Shown here: piece after piece, positions 19,274 to 30,934 of the stretch | Layout of the letters: the number at the start of each line of letters is the position of its first letter | Numbering within the stretch: position 1 is the first letter of the stretch | Virus record (IMG/VR): IMGVR_UViG_3300021963_006528 | DNA: 64,000 bases | Strand: one strand, 5' to 3' | Origin: an uncultured virus (IMG/VR IMGVR_UViG_3300021963_006528) | Taxonomy: Duplodnaviria > Heunggongvirae > Uroviricota > Caudoviricetes | Position numbers and translations under genes: made by a program | Notes under the pieces: model-generated | Seen by the model: the letters and a program-made list of their open reading frames with translations, nothing else | Database searches by the model: none | What the model was told of the DNA's origin: nothing

Positions 19274-20614
19274 ATGGCTTCCTTACTGACTTATCAATTT
19301 TCCACACTACTGGCACAAAGCATCTATGATCTATTAGATGTAAGTGCCAATTCGTACCTTCCAACAAATAGAAAATCCTACATGTTTGTATCTTTAGGAA
19401 AAGAAACTGTTTGGAATACCGGTACTGAAGTTGCTCCAACACCAGGTCAAGCTATTAGAGATTTAAATTCCTACTATGATCGTGGAATGGTCGCAAAAAG
19501 AATATCGCAAGAAAATGCATCATTTGTTGTGCCTAGAGTAAATTGGACAACAGGTACAGTTTACAGATTTGCTGGTTGTACAGTATGTCCGGCCGGCACA
19601 AACTTTTATGTTTTAAACTCTAAAGATCAAGTTTTTAAATGTTTATGGAATAACAATGCAGCTGCATCGACTAGTGAACCACAATTATCGTTATCTTCTA
19701 CATCTTTGGAAGAGCCTTTCTTTTTAACTGCTGATGGTTATAAGTGGAAATATATGTACACTTTAACTGCTCAACAAAAACAAAAGTTTTTAACAAATGA
19801 TTATTTACCAGTTTTATATAACCGATTTGTTAGAGCGGCAGCTGTAAATAGAAGTATAGATATAGTACGAGTTACAAATACTGGTAACAATTATACCGAT
19901 GGTTCATCGCAAGATATTATTACTATTACAGGTGATGGTACAGGAGCAATTTTAAAAGCCAATGTGGCCAATGGTAAAATTGCAGGTGTTACCATTCAAA
20001 ATAGAGGTTTGGATTACACTAAAGCAAATTTAACTTTTAGAGATGTTGCTGGTGGTATTGGAACCTCAGCTGCAGCTGAAGTTATTCTGTCACCACAAAA
20101 CGGACACGGTTACGATCCGGTAGAAGAACTTTATGCCAATACTATTATATTTAATGTTGATTTTGATGGTAGTGAATCTGGTGTTTTTCCTACAGAGAAC
20201 GAATATCGTGAAGTTGTAATTATAAAAAATCCATATGAGTATGGAACAACAACTTTAGCATCAGATGAATTGTATACTTTATATACAAAAATTAAAACTT
20301 CAGCTGGTGTAGGCAATTATAACAACGATGAGATAGTTTATCAAGGTGTTGATTATGCATCATCAACATTTAGTGCAGAAGTAATTTCATTTGATGAAAC
20401 CAATAATTTACTTTACGTTAATAATGTAAATGGTACATTGGCCACAAATGAACCTATTAAAGGACAATCGAGTGGCTCTATCCGAGTAGCCATAAATAAA
20501 ACTGATCCATCATTAGAATTATATTCAGGTAAAGTTTTATATGTTTCGGATAAAACACCCATTACAAGAGATGCAGACCAAATAGATAGAATACGATTCA
20601 TTTTAAGTTTCTAG
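19274..20614 (+). CDS. gp8: Baseplate wedge subunit gp8
   Basis: VVPRVNWTTG...FYVLNS...VFKCLWN...DGYKWKYMY...PITRDADQ. Confidence 0.92.
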   Translation: MASLLTYQFSTLLAQSIYDLLDVSANSYLPTNRKSYMFVSLGKETVWNTGTEVAPTPGQAIRDLNSYYDRGMVAKRISQENASFVVPRVNWTTGTVYRFAGCTVCPAGTNFYVLNSKDQVFKCLWNNNAAASTSEPQLSLSSTSLEEPFFLTADGYKWKYMYTLTAQQKQKFLTNDYLPVLYNRFVRAAAVNRSIDIVRVTNTGNNYTDGSSQDIITITGDGTGAILKANVANGKIAGVTIQNRGLDYTKANLTFRDVAGGIGTSAAAEVILSPQNGHGYDPVEELYANTIIFNVDFDGSESGVFPTENEYREVVIIKNPYEYGTTTLASDELYTLYTKIKTSAGVGNYNNDEIVYQGVDYASSTFSAEVISFDETNNLLYVNNVNGTLATNEPIKGQSSGSIRVAINKTDPSLELYSGKVLYVSDKTPITRDADQIDRIRFILSF

Positions 20615-20622
20615 AGGAATAA

Positions 20623-23600
20623 ATGACTACTTTTTTTAATTACGATCCATACTATGATGATTTTGACGAAGATAAGAATTACATGCGAGTTCTTTTCAGG
20701 CCTGGATATTCCGTTCAAGCTCGTGAATTAACTCAATTACAAACAATCTTATCAAATCAAATTGAAAAATTTGGTAACCACATTTTCAAAAGTGGTAGTC
20801 CAATTGTTGGTGGTAAAATCTCTTTAGATGATCGTGCTTTTTATTTGATACTAAACACACAATATAATAATGAAGATATTGATGTTACTCAATTTGCCGA
20901 TAAAACTATTATAAGTTATAATTCTGGCAAAAATGTTCGTGCTAAAGTAATTGCAATCGATGACAGCACAACAAATCCAATTTTAGTTTTAAAGTATTTG
21001 AGTTCAGATACTTTTTCAGAAAATGACGAAATTAAAATTTTTGGGCAAAATATATTTGCTCAAGCAAAAGATACTTCAGCCGTAGGACGATCCTATGTTG
21101 CAAGTATTCAAGAAGGTGTTTATTATTTTAAAGGTAATTTTGTAAAAGTTGTTCCACAATTTCTAGTATTAGAATTGTTTTATCGTATAGGTTATAATGC
21201 AACAACAATAAACACTCAACCATCATATAAAATTGGTATTGAATTTGAAGAAAATATTATAGATGAAGTTGATGATACTTCTCTATTAGATCCAGCTCAA
21301 GGTGCTTTTAATTATCAAGCTCCTGGTGCCACACGATTTGAAGTTGCAACTAGACTATCAAAAAGAACACTAGATTCTACCGATGAATCTTCTTTCTTTG
21401 AAGTTATTCGAATTGTTAATGGAGTCAAAACTAAAGAAATTAATTATCCAGTTTATAGTGAAATTGAAAAAACTCTTGCTCGTAGAACATTTGAAGAATC
21501 AGGTAATTATACTGTTGATCCTTTTGTGTTGTCGCTTGAAGAAGAAGCTTACGATGCAAACAATAATTTAATTGTAGATTCATTTACAGCTGTATTAGAT
21601 CCAGGTAAAGCTTATGTTGGCGGTTATGAAGTTCAAACAATTGCTCCTACTCGTTTAACTATACCTAGAGCAAGAACTACAGCCAATGTATCTGATTATG
21701 ATTTACCAACAAATTATTCTAGTTACATTGTTGTAGCCAATACTTATGGTACATTAGATATATCTAGCTTTCCAAAACTTGATATTCATTGTACAAGTTT
21801 TAATACAATTAATCCGACTTCATCTAACGAATATAATTCAACAAAGATTGGTACACTTCGTGCTGATATGATGAAGTATAATACATCTTTTGCCTCTGAT
21901 GTAGGCACCTCACATTCTTTCTATGTAAATGTTTTTGATGTGACTTCAACTCCAATTACTGGTATTATACCAAGTTCTGGATCCACAAATACTGTTATTG
22001 AATTGGAATCTTCTTTCTCAACAACAGCACAAGCAAATTGTTATGCTAACATGTATTTTAGAGTTACTGACGGTGCAGGTTTATTTTTAGCACCAATTTT
22101 AATTCGAGAATCTAATAGTGTGGCTCAAACAATTACACTTTCTCAAGCATTACCATTTATACCTGCTTCGAATACTTATTCTATCGAATCAGACTTTAAA
22201 GTGGCAGAATCGATTTCAGTAAAATCTGGATCATCTTTATCTTTTGCAGCCAATGTTCACAGTAGTTCTAAAGATGTTGCAACTGGTGACGCTTACATTA
22301 CCGAACCATCAAAAACAAGTTTAATATTTGATACTCCCTTTGAATCTATTAAAGCTGGTTCAATTAATAACTTGGATTTTTATGCTCGAAAAGTATACTC
22401 TGATAAACTTGCTGATGGTGGTGGTTCATTAACAATTTCAACAACTGGTACAGATACTTTTGCATTTGCAGGTTCACCAGGTGTTCTTAACGATTCACAA
22501 ATTTTAAATAATATTATTTGCTTTATTCGTTACAATTCAACATCAAATTCAGCTTCTGGTATTGCACCAAATACTGTTGTAAGTTTAGCAAACAATTTGT
22601 TTACTGTTACTGCTGTAAGTAATAACTCTATTACTGTTGATTTTGATACTGCTGGTGTTCGTGCAGATTTCATTATTACGACAAAAGTAAACAATGCTGA
22701 AAATGGAACATCTGGTGCAATTCGTGGTAAACAAATGATACCATTGACCACAGGTGCAAATTTACATGCAAAAGTTCCTTACAATTTAGATACTGCTGGT
22801 GATTCATTATCTTCAGGTAATACTGGTACTGTAACCACTATTACAGGTGGATATGTTTTTCAAGATGTTGGTGCAACATTCTTTAATAATGCATCACTAA
22901 TGCAACAATTAAAAACTCCTGGTACTGCTGTTAGTTTACAGGTACCAGATGTTTATGAAATTGTTCGAATTACAGATTCACGTGGCACAGGCAATGTAAC
23001 AACTGCGATGTTAACAGATGCAACTTATGATGTAACTAATAATTATGAGTTTGATAATGGTCAGCGTAAAACACATTACGATCATGCAACAATTAAATTA
23101 AAGCGTGGTTATAGTTCACCAACAGGTTCTTCATTGTTGGTACAATACAAATATTTAAAACATCAAGCTGCTCCATCACCACAAAATATTGGTTTGTTTA
23201 CTGTTGATTCTTATTTAAAAACTGGATCAAATTTCACCTATGATGAAATGTCCAAATTTTTAAGTAATGAAGATGGTAAATTAATTTCTCTGCGTTCTTG
23301 TTTAGACTTTAGACCAACACGACAAATTGCTTCGGAAACAATATCTGGTGCTGTCAATGCCGATCCTGATTATACGGCAGAACTTGGTTTTGAATATTAT
23401 TTAAGTCGCATTGATAAATTGGTAGTTAAACCATCTAAAGAATTTTCGGTTGTTTCGGGTAAATCTTCTGTTACACCAATTCCACCTCCTATCGATCCAA
23501 ACGATATGATGATTTATACTTTGACTATTCCTCCTTATACAGAAAGTGTCAAAGAAATTAATGCGGAGTTTAAAAATAATCGCCGCTTTACAATGAATGA

Positions 23601-26600
23601 TATTGGTGCTTTTGAAAAACGAATTAAAGGTTTGGAGTATTATGTTGCTCTTACAAACTTAGAAAAGAACGCAGCTGATTCTAAAATATTGGATGCTGAT
23701 GGCCTTGAAAGATCCAAATATGGTATTCTTGTAGACAATTTTACTACAAGAGATGTACAAGCAACCTATAGTGATGTTGGCTTTGATAACCGCAACCTTA
23801 TTGAAGAAGCTCAATTAAAACCAGCTTCATTAATGAGAACATTTAAATTAAAATGGTCTCAAGCAAATTCCTCAGGTTCTTATGCTGCTGTAGGTGTTAA
23901 TGATCAAAAATCATTAATGTTAAGTTATGCAAATACTGCTTTTGCATCACAGCCTTATGCAACAAAATCTATACCAGTTGCAAGTGCTTTATTTGCTAAC
24001 TTTAAAGGTAACATCAAATTGTTGCCTGAGTATACCGGTGATGTTGATACCAATCATACTGCAAAAGTTACAATCAATTCTGCACAAGGTTTAGAAAATG
24101 CATTTAATTTTGTAAACGATGCTTTCAAATATATCTCTGATCAAAATCCAACATGGGTAAATGATAAAGATAATCCTTTTGCTAAAGTTGTTGATAGTAA
24201 ATGGTTTGAAACTGTAACTACAGTAGACAACCGAACAATTGGCCTTGGTGGCAATTCGTTTGGTAATTTACAAACAACAACAGACCGAGTTTATGTACAA
24301 AAAGGTGCAGAACTCAACATGAAACAAATTAGTAGTTCGACAACTGAAGTCGATCTTGGAACATATGTAACTGATCTTGCAATTCAACCATACATCAAAC
24401 CAAGAGATATTACTTTTGTTGGTACATCATTAAAACCAAATGCGAGATTCTATGCATTTTTTGATGATGTTTCGGTTGACGAATATATTGTAATACCAAA
24501 TAAATTACAAGTAACTTCAGGTGTACATTCGAATACTATTTTTGTATCTGGCGAAATTGCTCTGATTGCAAATAATGGTTCCGACTTAGCATTCAATATT
24601 GCTAGTTACCTTGCTGGTGGAACAAATTACGATATGGTAATTGTTTCAAATAGCGAAAGAGGATCTTCAAATGTAAGCGTTATTAATGAAACTGGTAAAC
24701 CACTTTCAAGTAAAGTAATTTATGGATTAGAATCTAAGAGCACATATGCAATTGCATCCGTATTAGATCATCGTTCAGGTTTAACAAGAGGTGTTGGTCC
24801 AAATACGATTACATTAGCTTCTGATGCTCCTTCCGTAAACATTGCAGGTAACACATTGACTCTAGTTCATGAAACTGGTAGTTATGAAGGTCATGGCAGA
24901 GAGTTTACTGTTGTGGCTTACAATACTTCTACAAAAGTTGCAACCGTAACCGAAACAACAACCACCGCTGAACAAGCTGCAACAAGTTGGACATATAGTA
25001 TTGGTTATAATTCCGCAAATAAATTAGGTGATATTTCTGGTGTATTTTATCCTCCAGTTGCAACATTTAGAAACGGTGAAAGAAATTTCCGTTTAACTGA
25101 ATCATTTAGTAATACTTACGATGCAGATGCAATTTCTTTTGCTGAGAAAACTTTTGTGTCATCGGGTATTAAAGTAAACAAAACAAATCTATTAAATACT
25201 GTTTACAATGTGGATGTTGGAGTTAAATTTGTTGGTAATGCTACTTCACCATTGTTACAGTCTACAACTTCTAGAGAGGTTGTTACAAGTACTTGGCGTG
25301 TTGACCCATTGGCACAAACCTTCTTTGTAGATCCAGAGGTTTATCCAAATGGCCTTTTTGTTGAGAATGTTAAATTATTCTTCTCCGCAAAAGACGACAG
25401 TAATATTCCTGTTAATATACAAATTAGACCTACAGTCAATGCACTACCATCTTCAGATTTTTCATATCCAGAATCAGTAGTAACAAAGTATCCATTTGAA
25501 ATTAATACAACTGCAACACCAGATTTTGCTTCTGATACAAGTTATACCAAGTTTACTTTTGGTTCACCAGTATTCTTAAAACCTGGTTTATATGCTTTAG
25601 TGGTACTCACAGATAGTCCACAATACTCATTATGGGTTGCTGAAAAAGGTGGTACAACAGTAAACAATCAATATGTTTCTGTAAACCCTTATGTTGGCAC
25701 TCTGTATAAATCTCAAAATGCAATGGAATATGTTCCATATTTAAATGAAGATTTAATGTTTTCATTAGATCGTTGTTTATTTACCAGTTCTCCAGCAACA
25801 TTTGTTTTAGAAAATGAAAAACAATCTAGTAAATATTACATTGATAAATTCAGATTGATTCAAAAACATTTAGAAACCGAATCTGACAATCCATTTACGA
25901 TGGATTACAAATTTATTTCTAAAGTGGTTGATGGTGCAAAAGAAACCAATTACCGTGATTTATTGCCCTTTGTAACTTATTCAATGGGTGATGATGACCT
26001 ATACATTGCTGGAAGCCGTAGAAAAGAATTGCAAAATCAAGGCGACTTTAAAATTGCTTTGACTATCGCTTCAACTGATGATGCTGTGTCACCATTAATT
26101 TCGTTAGAAAGTGTTTACTTAAATGCATGGGAAAATTTCTTAGACAATTCAGAAATCAATTCTGATGATTTTAATATTATTGCACCAGGCGGTGGTTACT
26201 CAAATAGTAATACTGTAACAATAACATCCAATACAGGTACAGGAGCTCTTGTTTATCTTGTGACTAATGGTGCTGCTGGTAATGTTGTTGGAGTAAATGT
26301 GGCTGCAACAGGTTCTGGTTACTATGACGATTTCACAATCTCAATACCTGGAACAGGTTCTGGTGCAATCACATCCAATGCTTCTATTGTACTCAATTCA
26401 GAGTTTGATAGTGCTGGCGGTCCCTCATTAGCAAGATATATTACTAAGCCAATTACACTTGCTGACGGATTTGATGCTGGTGATTTGCGAGTATTCTTAT
26501 CCGCAAATAAACCTGGAACAACAGAAGTGCATGTATATTATAAAGTACTTTCTGGTTCAGATGCAACGCCATTTAAAGATCGTCCATATTTAAAAATGGA

Positions 26601-26823
26601 ATGTTACAATCCAACAACAGCGGCTTCTTTGACAACAGAAGATTTTAGGGAATATGAATATCGTCCATCTTTAACAAGTGATGTTATAACATACTCTACC
26701 GACACTGGTGTAACTTATGATTCGTTTAAGACTTTTGCAATTAAGATCGTAATGACTTCTACCGATCCGTCTATTGTACCAAAAGTAAAAGACCTTCGTG
26801 TGATTGCTTTACCAAGTGCATAA
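20623..26823 (+). CDS. Large virion structural protein, VrlC/DUF4815-like
   Basis: PYYDDFD..KNY.RVLFRPG.SVQARELTQLQ N-terminus; DPLAQTF; follows gp8 as in marine T4-like phages; GAGG RBS. Confidence 0.85.
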   Translation: MTTFFNYDPYYDDFDEDKNYMRVLFRPGYSVQARELTQLQTILSNQIEKFGNHIFKSGSPIVGGKISLDDRAFYLILNTQYNNEDIDVTQFADKTIISYNSGKNVRAKVIAIDDSTTNPILVLKYLSSDTFSENDEIKIFGQNIFAQAKDTSAVGRSYVASIQEGVYYFKGNFVKVVPQFLVLELFYRIGYNATTINTQPSYKIGIEFEENIIDEVDDTSLLDPAQGAFNYQAPGATRFEVATRLSKRTLDSTDESSFFEVIRIVNGVKTKEINYPVYSEIEKTLARRTFEESGNYTVDPFVLSLEEEAYDANNNLIVDSFTAVLDPGKAYVGGYEVQTIAPTRLTIPRARTTANVSDYDLPTNYSSYIVVANTYGTLDISSFPKLDIHCTSFNTINPTSSNEYNSTKIGTLRADMMKYNTSFASDVGTSHSFYVNVFDVTSTPITGIIPSSGSTNTVIELESSFSTTAQANCYANMYFRVTDGAGLFLAPILIRESNSVAQTITLSQALPFIPASNTYSIESDFKVAESISVKSGSSLSFAANVHSSSKDVATGDAYITEPSKTSLIFDTPFESIKAGSINNLDFYARKVYSDKLADGGGSLTISTTGTDTFAFAGSPGVLNDSQILNNIICFIRYNSTSNSASGIAPNTVVSLANNLFTVTAVSNNSITVDFDTAGVRADFIITTKVNNAENGTSGAIRGKQMIPLTTGANLHAKVPYNLDTAGDSLSSGNTGTVTTITGGYVFQDVGATFFNNASLMQQLKTPGTAVSLQVPDVYEIVRITDSRGTGNVTTAMLTDATYDVTNNYEFDNGQRKTHYDHATIKLKRGYSSPTGSSLLVQYKYLKHQAAPSPQNIGLFTVDSYLKTGSNFTYDEMSKFLSNEDGKLISLRSCLDFRPTRQIASETISGAVNADPDYTAELGFEYYLSRIDKLVVKPSKEFSVVSGKSSVTPIPPPIDPNDMMIYTLTIPPYTESVKEINAEFKNNRRFTMNDIGAFEKRIKGLEYYVALTNLEKNAADSKILDADGLERSKYGILVDNFTTRDVQATYSDVGFDNRNLIEEAQLKPASLMRTFKLKWSQANSSGSYAAVGVNDQKSLMLSYANTAFASQPYATKSIPVASALFANFKGNIKLLPEYTGDVDTNHTAKVTINSAQGLENAFNFVNDAFKYISDQNPTWVNDKDNPFAKVVDSKWFETVTTVDNRTIGLGGNSFGNLQTTTDRVYVQKGAELNMKQISSSTTEVDLGTYVTDLAIQPYIKPRDITFVGTSLKPNARFYAFFDDVSVDEYIVIPNKLQVTSGVHSNTIFVSGEIALIANNGSDLAFNIASYLAGGTNYDMVIVSNSERGSSNVSVINETGKPLSSKVIYGLESKSTYAIASVLDHRSGLTRGVGPNTITLASDAPSVNIAGNTLTLVHETGSYEGHGREFTVVAYNTSTKVATVTETTTTAEQAATSWTYSIGYNSANKLGDISGVFYPPVATFRNGERNFRLTESFSNTYDADAISFAEKTFVSSGIKVNKTNLLNTVYNVDVGVKFVGNATSPLLQSTTSREVVTSTWRVDPLAQTFFVDPEVYPNGLFVENVKLFFSAKDDSNIPVNIQIRPTVNALPSSDFSYPESVVTKYPFEINTTATPDFASDTSYTKFTFGSPVFLKPGLYALVVLTDSPQYSLWVAEKGGTTVNNQYVSVNPYVGTLYKSQNAMEYVPYLNEDLMFSLDRCLFTSSPATFVLENEKQSSKYYIDKFRLIQKHLETESDNPFTMDYKFISKVVDGAKETNYRDLLPFVTYSMGDDDLYIAGSRRKELQNQGDFKIALTIASTDDAVSPLISLESVYLNAWENFLDNSEINSDDFNIIAPGGGYSNSNTVTITSNTGTGALVYLVTNGAAGNVVGVNVAATGSGYYDDFTISIPGTGSGAITSNASIVLNSEFDSAGGPSLARYITKPITLADGFDAGDLRVFLSANKPGTTEVHVYYKVLSGSDATPFKDRPYLKMECYNPTTAASLTTEDFREYEYRPSLTSDVITYSTDTGVTYDSFKTFAIKIVMTSTDPSIVPKVKDLRVIALPSA

Positions 26824-26824
26824 T

Positions 26825-27052
26825 ATGAAATTGCCGGTTAGAGGAACTAATTTTGTAAAAGACACCAAAACTGGGGCTTTACTTACTGTAAACCCCAGCG
26901 TTTTGGCTGAAAATGAAGCCAGAAAAAGATTAAAAGCAAAATTAAACTCTAAAGATAATGAAATAAATAAACTAAAAGAACAAGTAGATTTACTTGGCCA
27001 AGATATTGGTGATATAAAAAATATGTTAAAACAATTAATTAAGAGAGATTAA
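26825..27052 (+). CDS. Small coiled-coil hypothetical protein typically following VrlC-like genes
   Basis: FVKDTKTGALL...IGDIKNMLKQL; start moved to ATG 26825. Confidence 0.7.
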   Translation: MKLPVRGTNFVKDTKTGALLTVNPSVLAENEARKRLKAKLNSKDNEINKLKEQVDLLGQDIGDIKNMLKQLIKRD

Positions 27053-27061
27053 AGTTCTAAA

Positions 27062-30000
27062 ATGCCTATTCCTATTATAACGAGAACAAATACGATTGAT
27101 GAATGGCGAATTCAAACCAATTTATCGGCTATTGATTTAAACAATTTATCATCTAACAATTTTACCAAGTCAAACGGAACTTTAACTCTTTCTGGTAATA
27201 GTTCATTATTGCTTACTGGTCCTGGTACAGTATTGCAAACTTCTAATAATGCTCTTATTGGTAAAGACCTTTCAGTTGCAAATAACCTTACAGTCGGTAC
27301 CGTAGGTTCAAATGTAGGTAATGTTTCGATTGGTAACACATTGACTGTTTCTGGTCGTGATACAGGTCTAAGTGTTTCAAATAGTGCAATTATCAATAAA
27401 GATTTAAATATTGTAGGAAATGTTTTTGTAAATTATGCAACAGTTAATACCAATGCAACAATTAGTAATAACGTATCCGTTGCTGGTGCTGTAGATTTAA
27501 GTGGTTCAGGAAAAGTTTTATCGGCTAACAATGGTACAGTATATGTAAAAGATGCATATCTAGCAAACGCATTTTTAACAAAAGCCAATGTAACAACAAT
27601 TTATGCTTTAGAAGCCTTTATTGATAATTTATCGGATATTGGTTCTATTGGTGTAAATATTTTAAGAGCCACAACTGGTAATGTATTTTATCTATCATCA
27701 AATACCTTGTATGCAAATACTGGTACAATAAAAGATTTTGTTGCTAATAATTCCGCAAATCTTGTAAATCTTATTTCCAATGTATCTACAATCAATACTG
27801 CAACCATTGGTAACCTTACTGCAACTAATGGTACAATTATTAGTGGTAATGTTGTAACCTTAACTTCTAATGTTGCAACACTAAACACATCAACATTAAT
27901 TAACAGTACTTTAACCAATACTGCAATTGCTAATGCTGTTATAGCAACAGCTACAATAACAACAGGTAATATAACCACAAGTAGAATTACTAATGGTACA
28001 ATTATTACTGGTAATGTTGTAACCTTGACTTCAAATTCCGCAACATTAAATAATTCCACATTACTTTCTACCAATATTGTATCCGCATTAATTGCTACTG
28101 CGAATGTAACTAGTAATTTGAATCTTCAAAATGCTACACTCAAAGTTAATACGGGTGCAAGTCAAGATGCTATTATTGTTGAAAGTGGTATCACAACTTT
28201 GCAAGCCGTAGTAATTGAAGGCAACTTAACAGTTTCCGGATCATTTACACAAACAGGCAATTTAAACTTTGAGGTTGATCGATTTGTTTTAAATGCAAAT
28301 ACGAGTACAAATAAAGACGGATTAATTGTCAATGATCGAGTAACCGGCAATGATGCCGTCATTAGATGGAATGAAACAAATGATCGTTGGGAAATTTCAA
28401 CTGGAAACACTTGGACGACCACTTATAAGATTTTAGATGGTGCAGACATATACACAGGAATTGATTCAACCAGTGACACTTTGGTTGCATCCGCAAGTGC
28501 TGTTAAGTTTGCATACGAAGCTGGAGGTGTGATTGCTGGTGGGTATGCAAATGCCGCTTATCGGCATGCTAACTCGGCATTTGTAAGTCAAAATACAACA
28601 GGCATTTATGCTAATTCGGCATACAATCATGCCAATGGTGCTTTCATTACCGCAAACACTCCAAGTCATGTTGCCAATTCTGGATCATCATATGCTAACG
28701 GAGCTTTTGCAAGAGCCAATACTGCCAACAATTTAGCACAACTTGCTTATGATGCTGCCAACACCGCATTTGTCGCTGGTGGCCAAATTGCTGGTGCTTA
28801 TGCTAATGCGGCTTTTGTTACCGCTAATGCTGCGTTTGCTGGTACTACTGGTACTCATGCTAACGCAGCTTACTCAACTGCAAACACCGCACTTGTTGAT
28901 GCTGCTTTGGCAGATCAAAAAGCTGTAACTGCAAATACTAACGCAACCTCTGCTTCAACATACGCTAACGGAGCTTTTGCAAGAGCCAATACTGCCAACA
29001 CAAATGCTATTAGTGCTGGTGTATATGCTAATGCAGCCTTTGGTGCAGCTAATTCAAAATTAAGTACTTCAGGTGGTACAATTTCTGGTGATTTAACAAT
29101 TACTGGAACATTAAATGCTGCTGGCGCAAGTATCTACGCAAACGATTTAAAAGTTGCAGATTCTATTATCACATTAAATGCTGATATTAGTCAGAGTGCA
29201 TCACCAATCGAAGATGCTGGTATTGAAGTTGATCGAGGCACTTCAGCAAACGTTTATGTTCTTTGGAATGAAACGACTGATAAATGGACATTCACCAATA
29301 ACGGAACAGACTACCAAAATATTATTGGTGCTACCGATGTTTCAACACAAATAGCAGCTTACTTACCACTTGCGGGTGGTACAATGACTGGTACTTTGGT
29401 ACTTGCTGGTGCGCCATCATCACCTTTACATGCCGCTACAAAAGCTTATGTTGATCAATCGTTGTCTGGTGTCGATCTTTCAAACCTCAATGCTTCTAAT
29501 TTAACATCAGGTACAGTACCATCAGCTCGTTTAAGTGGCACATATGGAATTAATATTTCAGGTACTGCTGTTTCAGCAACAACTGCCGGTAGTGCAACAA
29601 CAGCTTCATCAGCAACAACTGCTGGTACTGCAACAAACCTTAATGGCGGTAGTATTGCGGCCGCAACAGGTTATCAGCAATTAAGTGGAGCATTCCAAAC
29701 ATATGTAATGGGTCAGTTTTTATCTGGTGGTACAGGAACATCAACACCAGCACTCAGAGTTGTAGGTGATGCTTTTGCTCAAGGCAATATGTACGCAACT
29801 ACTTTCATTGGTAATTTAACTGGTACTGCAAGCTCTGCTCGATACGCTGACTTAGCTGAAAAATATCTTGCTGATGAAGAATATTCAGAGGGTACTGTAT
29901 TGGCAGTAGGTGGTAAAAAAGAAGTTACTGCTGCTACCGATTCACACTTTAGGCCTTTAGGTGTTGTTTCTAACTATCCAGCTTATTTGATGAATAGTGA

Positions 30001-30196
30001 TTTGAAAAACGGCACCGTGGTTGCTTTGAAAGGACGAGTACCAGTTCGTGTGATTGGTAAAGTTAAAAAAGGCCAACCATTAGGACCAAGTGATATTCCT
30101 GGAGTAGCTAAATATACTGAAGATAAGTATTTTGCAATTGCACTTAAATCTAAAACTGGTGAAGAGGAAGGATTAATCGAAGCGGTTATCCTATAA
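27062..30196 (+). CDS. Tail fibre protein with C-terminal autocleaving chaperone-like domain
   Basis: TIDEWRIQTN N-terminus; beta-repeat and ANxA heptad segments; YADLAEKY...VALKGRVPVRV C-terminal domain. Confidence 0.8.
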   Translation: MPIPIITRTNTIDEWRIQTNLSAIDLNNLSSNNFTKSNGTLTLSGNSSLLLTGPGTVLQTSNNALIGKDLSVANNLTVGTVGSNVGNVSIGNTLTVSGRDTGLSVSNSAIINKDLNIVGNVFVNYATVNTNATISNNVSVAGAVDLSGSGKVLSANNGTVYVKDAYLANAFLTKANVTTIYALEAFIDNLSDIGSIGVNILRATTGNVFYLSSNTLYANTGTIKDFVANNSANLVNLISNVSTINTATIGNLTATNGTIISGNVVTLTSNVATLNTSTLINSTLTNTAIANAVIATATITTGNITTSRITNGTIITGNVVTLTSNSATLNNSTLLSTNIVSALIATANVTSNLNLQNATLKVNTGASQDAIIVESGITTLQAVVIEGNLTVSGSFTQTGNLNFEVDRFVLNANTSTNKDGLIVNDRVTGNDAVIRWNETNDRWEISTGNTWTTTYKILDGADIYTGIDSTSDTLVASASAVKFAYEAGGVIAGGYANAAYRHANSAFVSQNTTGIYANSAYNHANGAFITANTPSHVANSGSSYANGAFARANTANNLAQLAYDAANTAFVAGGQIAGAYANAAFVTANAAFAGTTGTHANAAYSTANTALVDAALADQKAVTANTNATSASTYANGAFARANTANTNAISAGVYANAAFGAANSKLSTSGGTISGDLTITGTLNAAGASIYANDLKVADSIITLNADISQSASPIEDAGIEVDRGTSANVYVLWNETTDKWTFTNNGTDYQNIIGATDVSTQIAAYLPLAGGTMTGTLVLAGAPSSPLHAATKAYVDQSLSGVDLSNLNASNLTSGTVPSARLSGTYGINISGTAVSATTAGSATTASSATTAGTATNLNGGSIAAATGYQQLSGAFQTYVMGQFLSGGTGTSTPALRVVGDAFAQGNMYATTFIGNLTGTASSARYADLAEKYLADEEYSEGTVLAVGGKKEVTAATDSHFRPLGVVSNYPAYLMNSDLKNGTVVALKGRVPVRVIGKVKKGQPLGPSDIPGVAKYTEDKYFAIALKSKTGEEEGLIEAVIL

Positions 30197-30202
30197 TGTG
30201 AT

Positions 30203-30934
30203 ATGATTGGTATTGTTGGTTATGGTATGGTGGGGAAAGCCGTTGATTATGGCTTTCCCAATATATCTAAAGTTATTTGTGATCCCAAATATAATGATAC
30301 ATCATTAGAAGAAGTTTGTTCTTCAAATCCAAAGGCAATATTCATTTGCGTTCCAACTCCAACAGATAATACAAATTACAAAATTTTAAAAGATGTATTG
30401 AATCAGATTGTTAAATTTGATTACAAAGGACTAGTAGTAGTAAAATCAACAATATTGCCGCATGAATTAGAGGGTTATGATATAATTTATAATCCTGAAT
30501 TTCTATCAAGAAAAACTTCAAATGAAGATTTTGTTAACCCTCCAATGTTAATTATTGCTGGTAATAAAGCAAAAGAAGTTTTGGATATTTATCAAAAATA
30601 TTCTATTGTTAAAACTGATAATATTTTTTTAACTGATGTGCAAACGGCTAGTCTTGCAAAATATACAATGAATTCATTTTATGCTTTAAAAGTTACTTTT
30701 ATGAATTCGATATATGACATATCAAAAGAAATGAATGTTAACTATAATGAGTTGACTCGAATACTTTCAAAACAACCATGGATGGGTTCACATCATTTTG
30801 AAGTACCTGGTCCCGATGGCCAACGAGGATTTGGTGGTCCATGTTTACCAAAAGACACACAAGCTTTAAGTAAAAAATTTGATATGAAACTTTTAAATAC
30901 TGTATTAGAACTTAATGAACACTATAGGCCATGA
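30203..30934 (+). CDS. UDP-glucose/GDP-mannose dehydrogenase family (short form lacking the C-terminal domain)
   Basis: GYGMVG, ICVPTP, KSTI, YNPEFL, AKY..N.F.A.K and GFGGPCLPKD motifs. Confidence 0.9.
   Translation: MIGIVGYGMVGKAVDYGFPNISKVICDPKYNDTSLEEVCSSNPKAIFICVPTPTDNTNYKILKDVLNQIVKFDYKGLVVVKSTILPHELEGYDIIYNPEFLSRKTSNEDFVNPPMLIIAGNKAKEVLDIYQKYSIVKTDNIFLTDVQTASLAKYTMNSFYALKVTFMNSIYDISKEMNVNYNELTRILSKQPWMGSHHFEVPGPDGQRGFGGPCLPKDTQALSKKFDMKLLNTVLELNEHYRP

Noticed and set aside
27112..28928. Several antisense and alternate-frame ORFs in the ORF track (also within other structural genes)
   Set aside because: These are shadow ORFs caused by the codon bias of N/T/A/S-rich fibre genes; no RBS or motifs.
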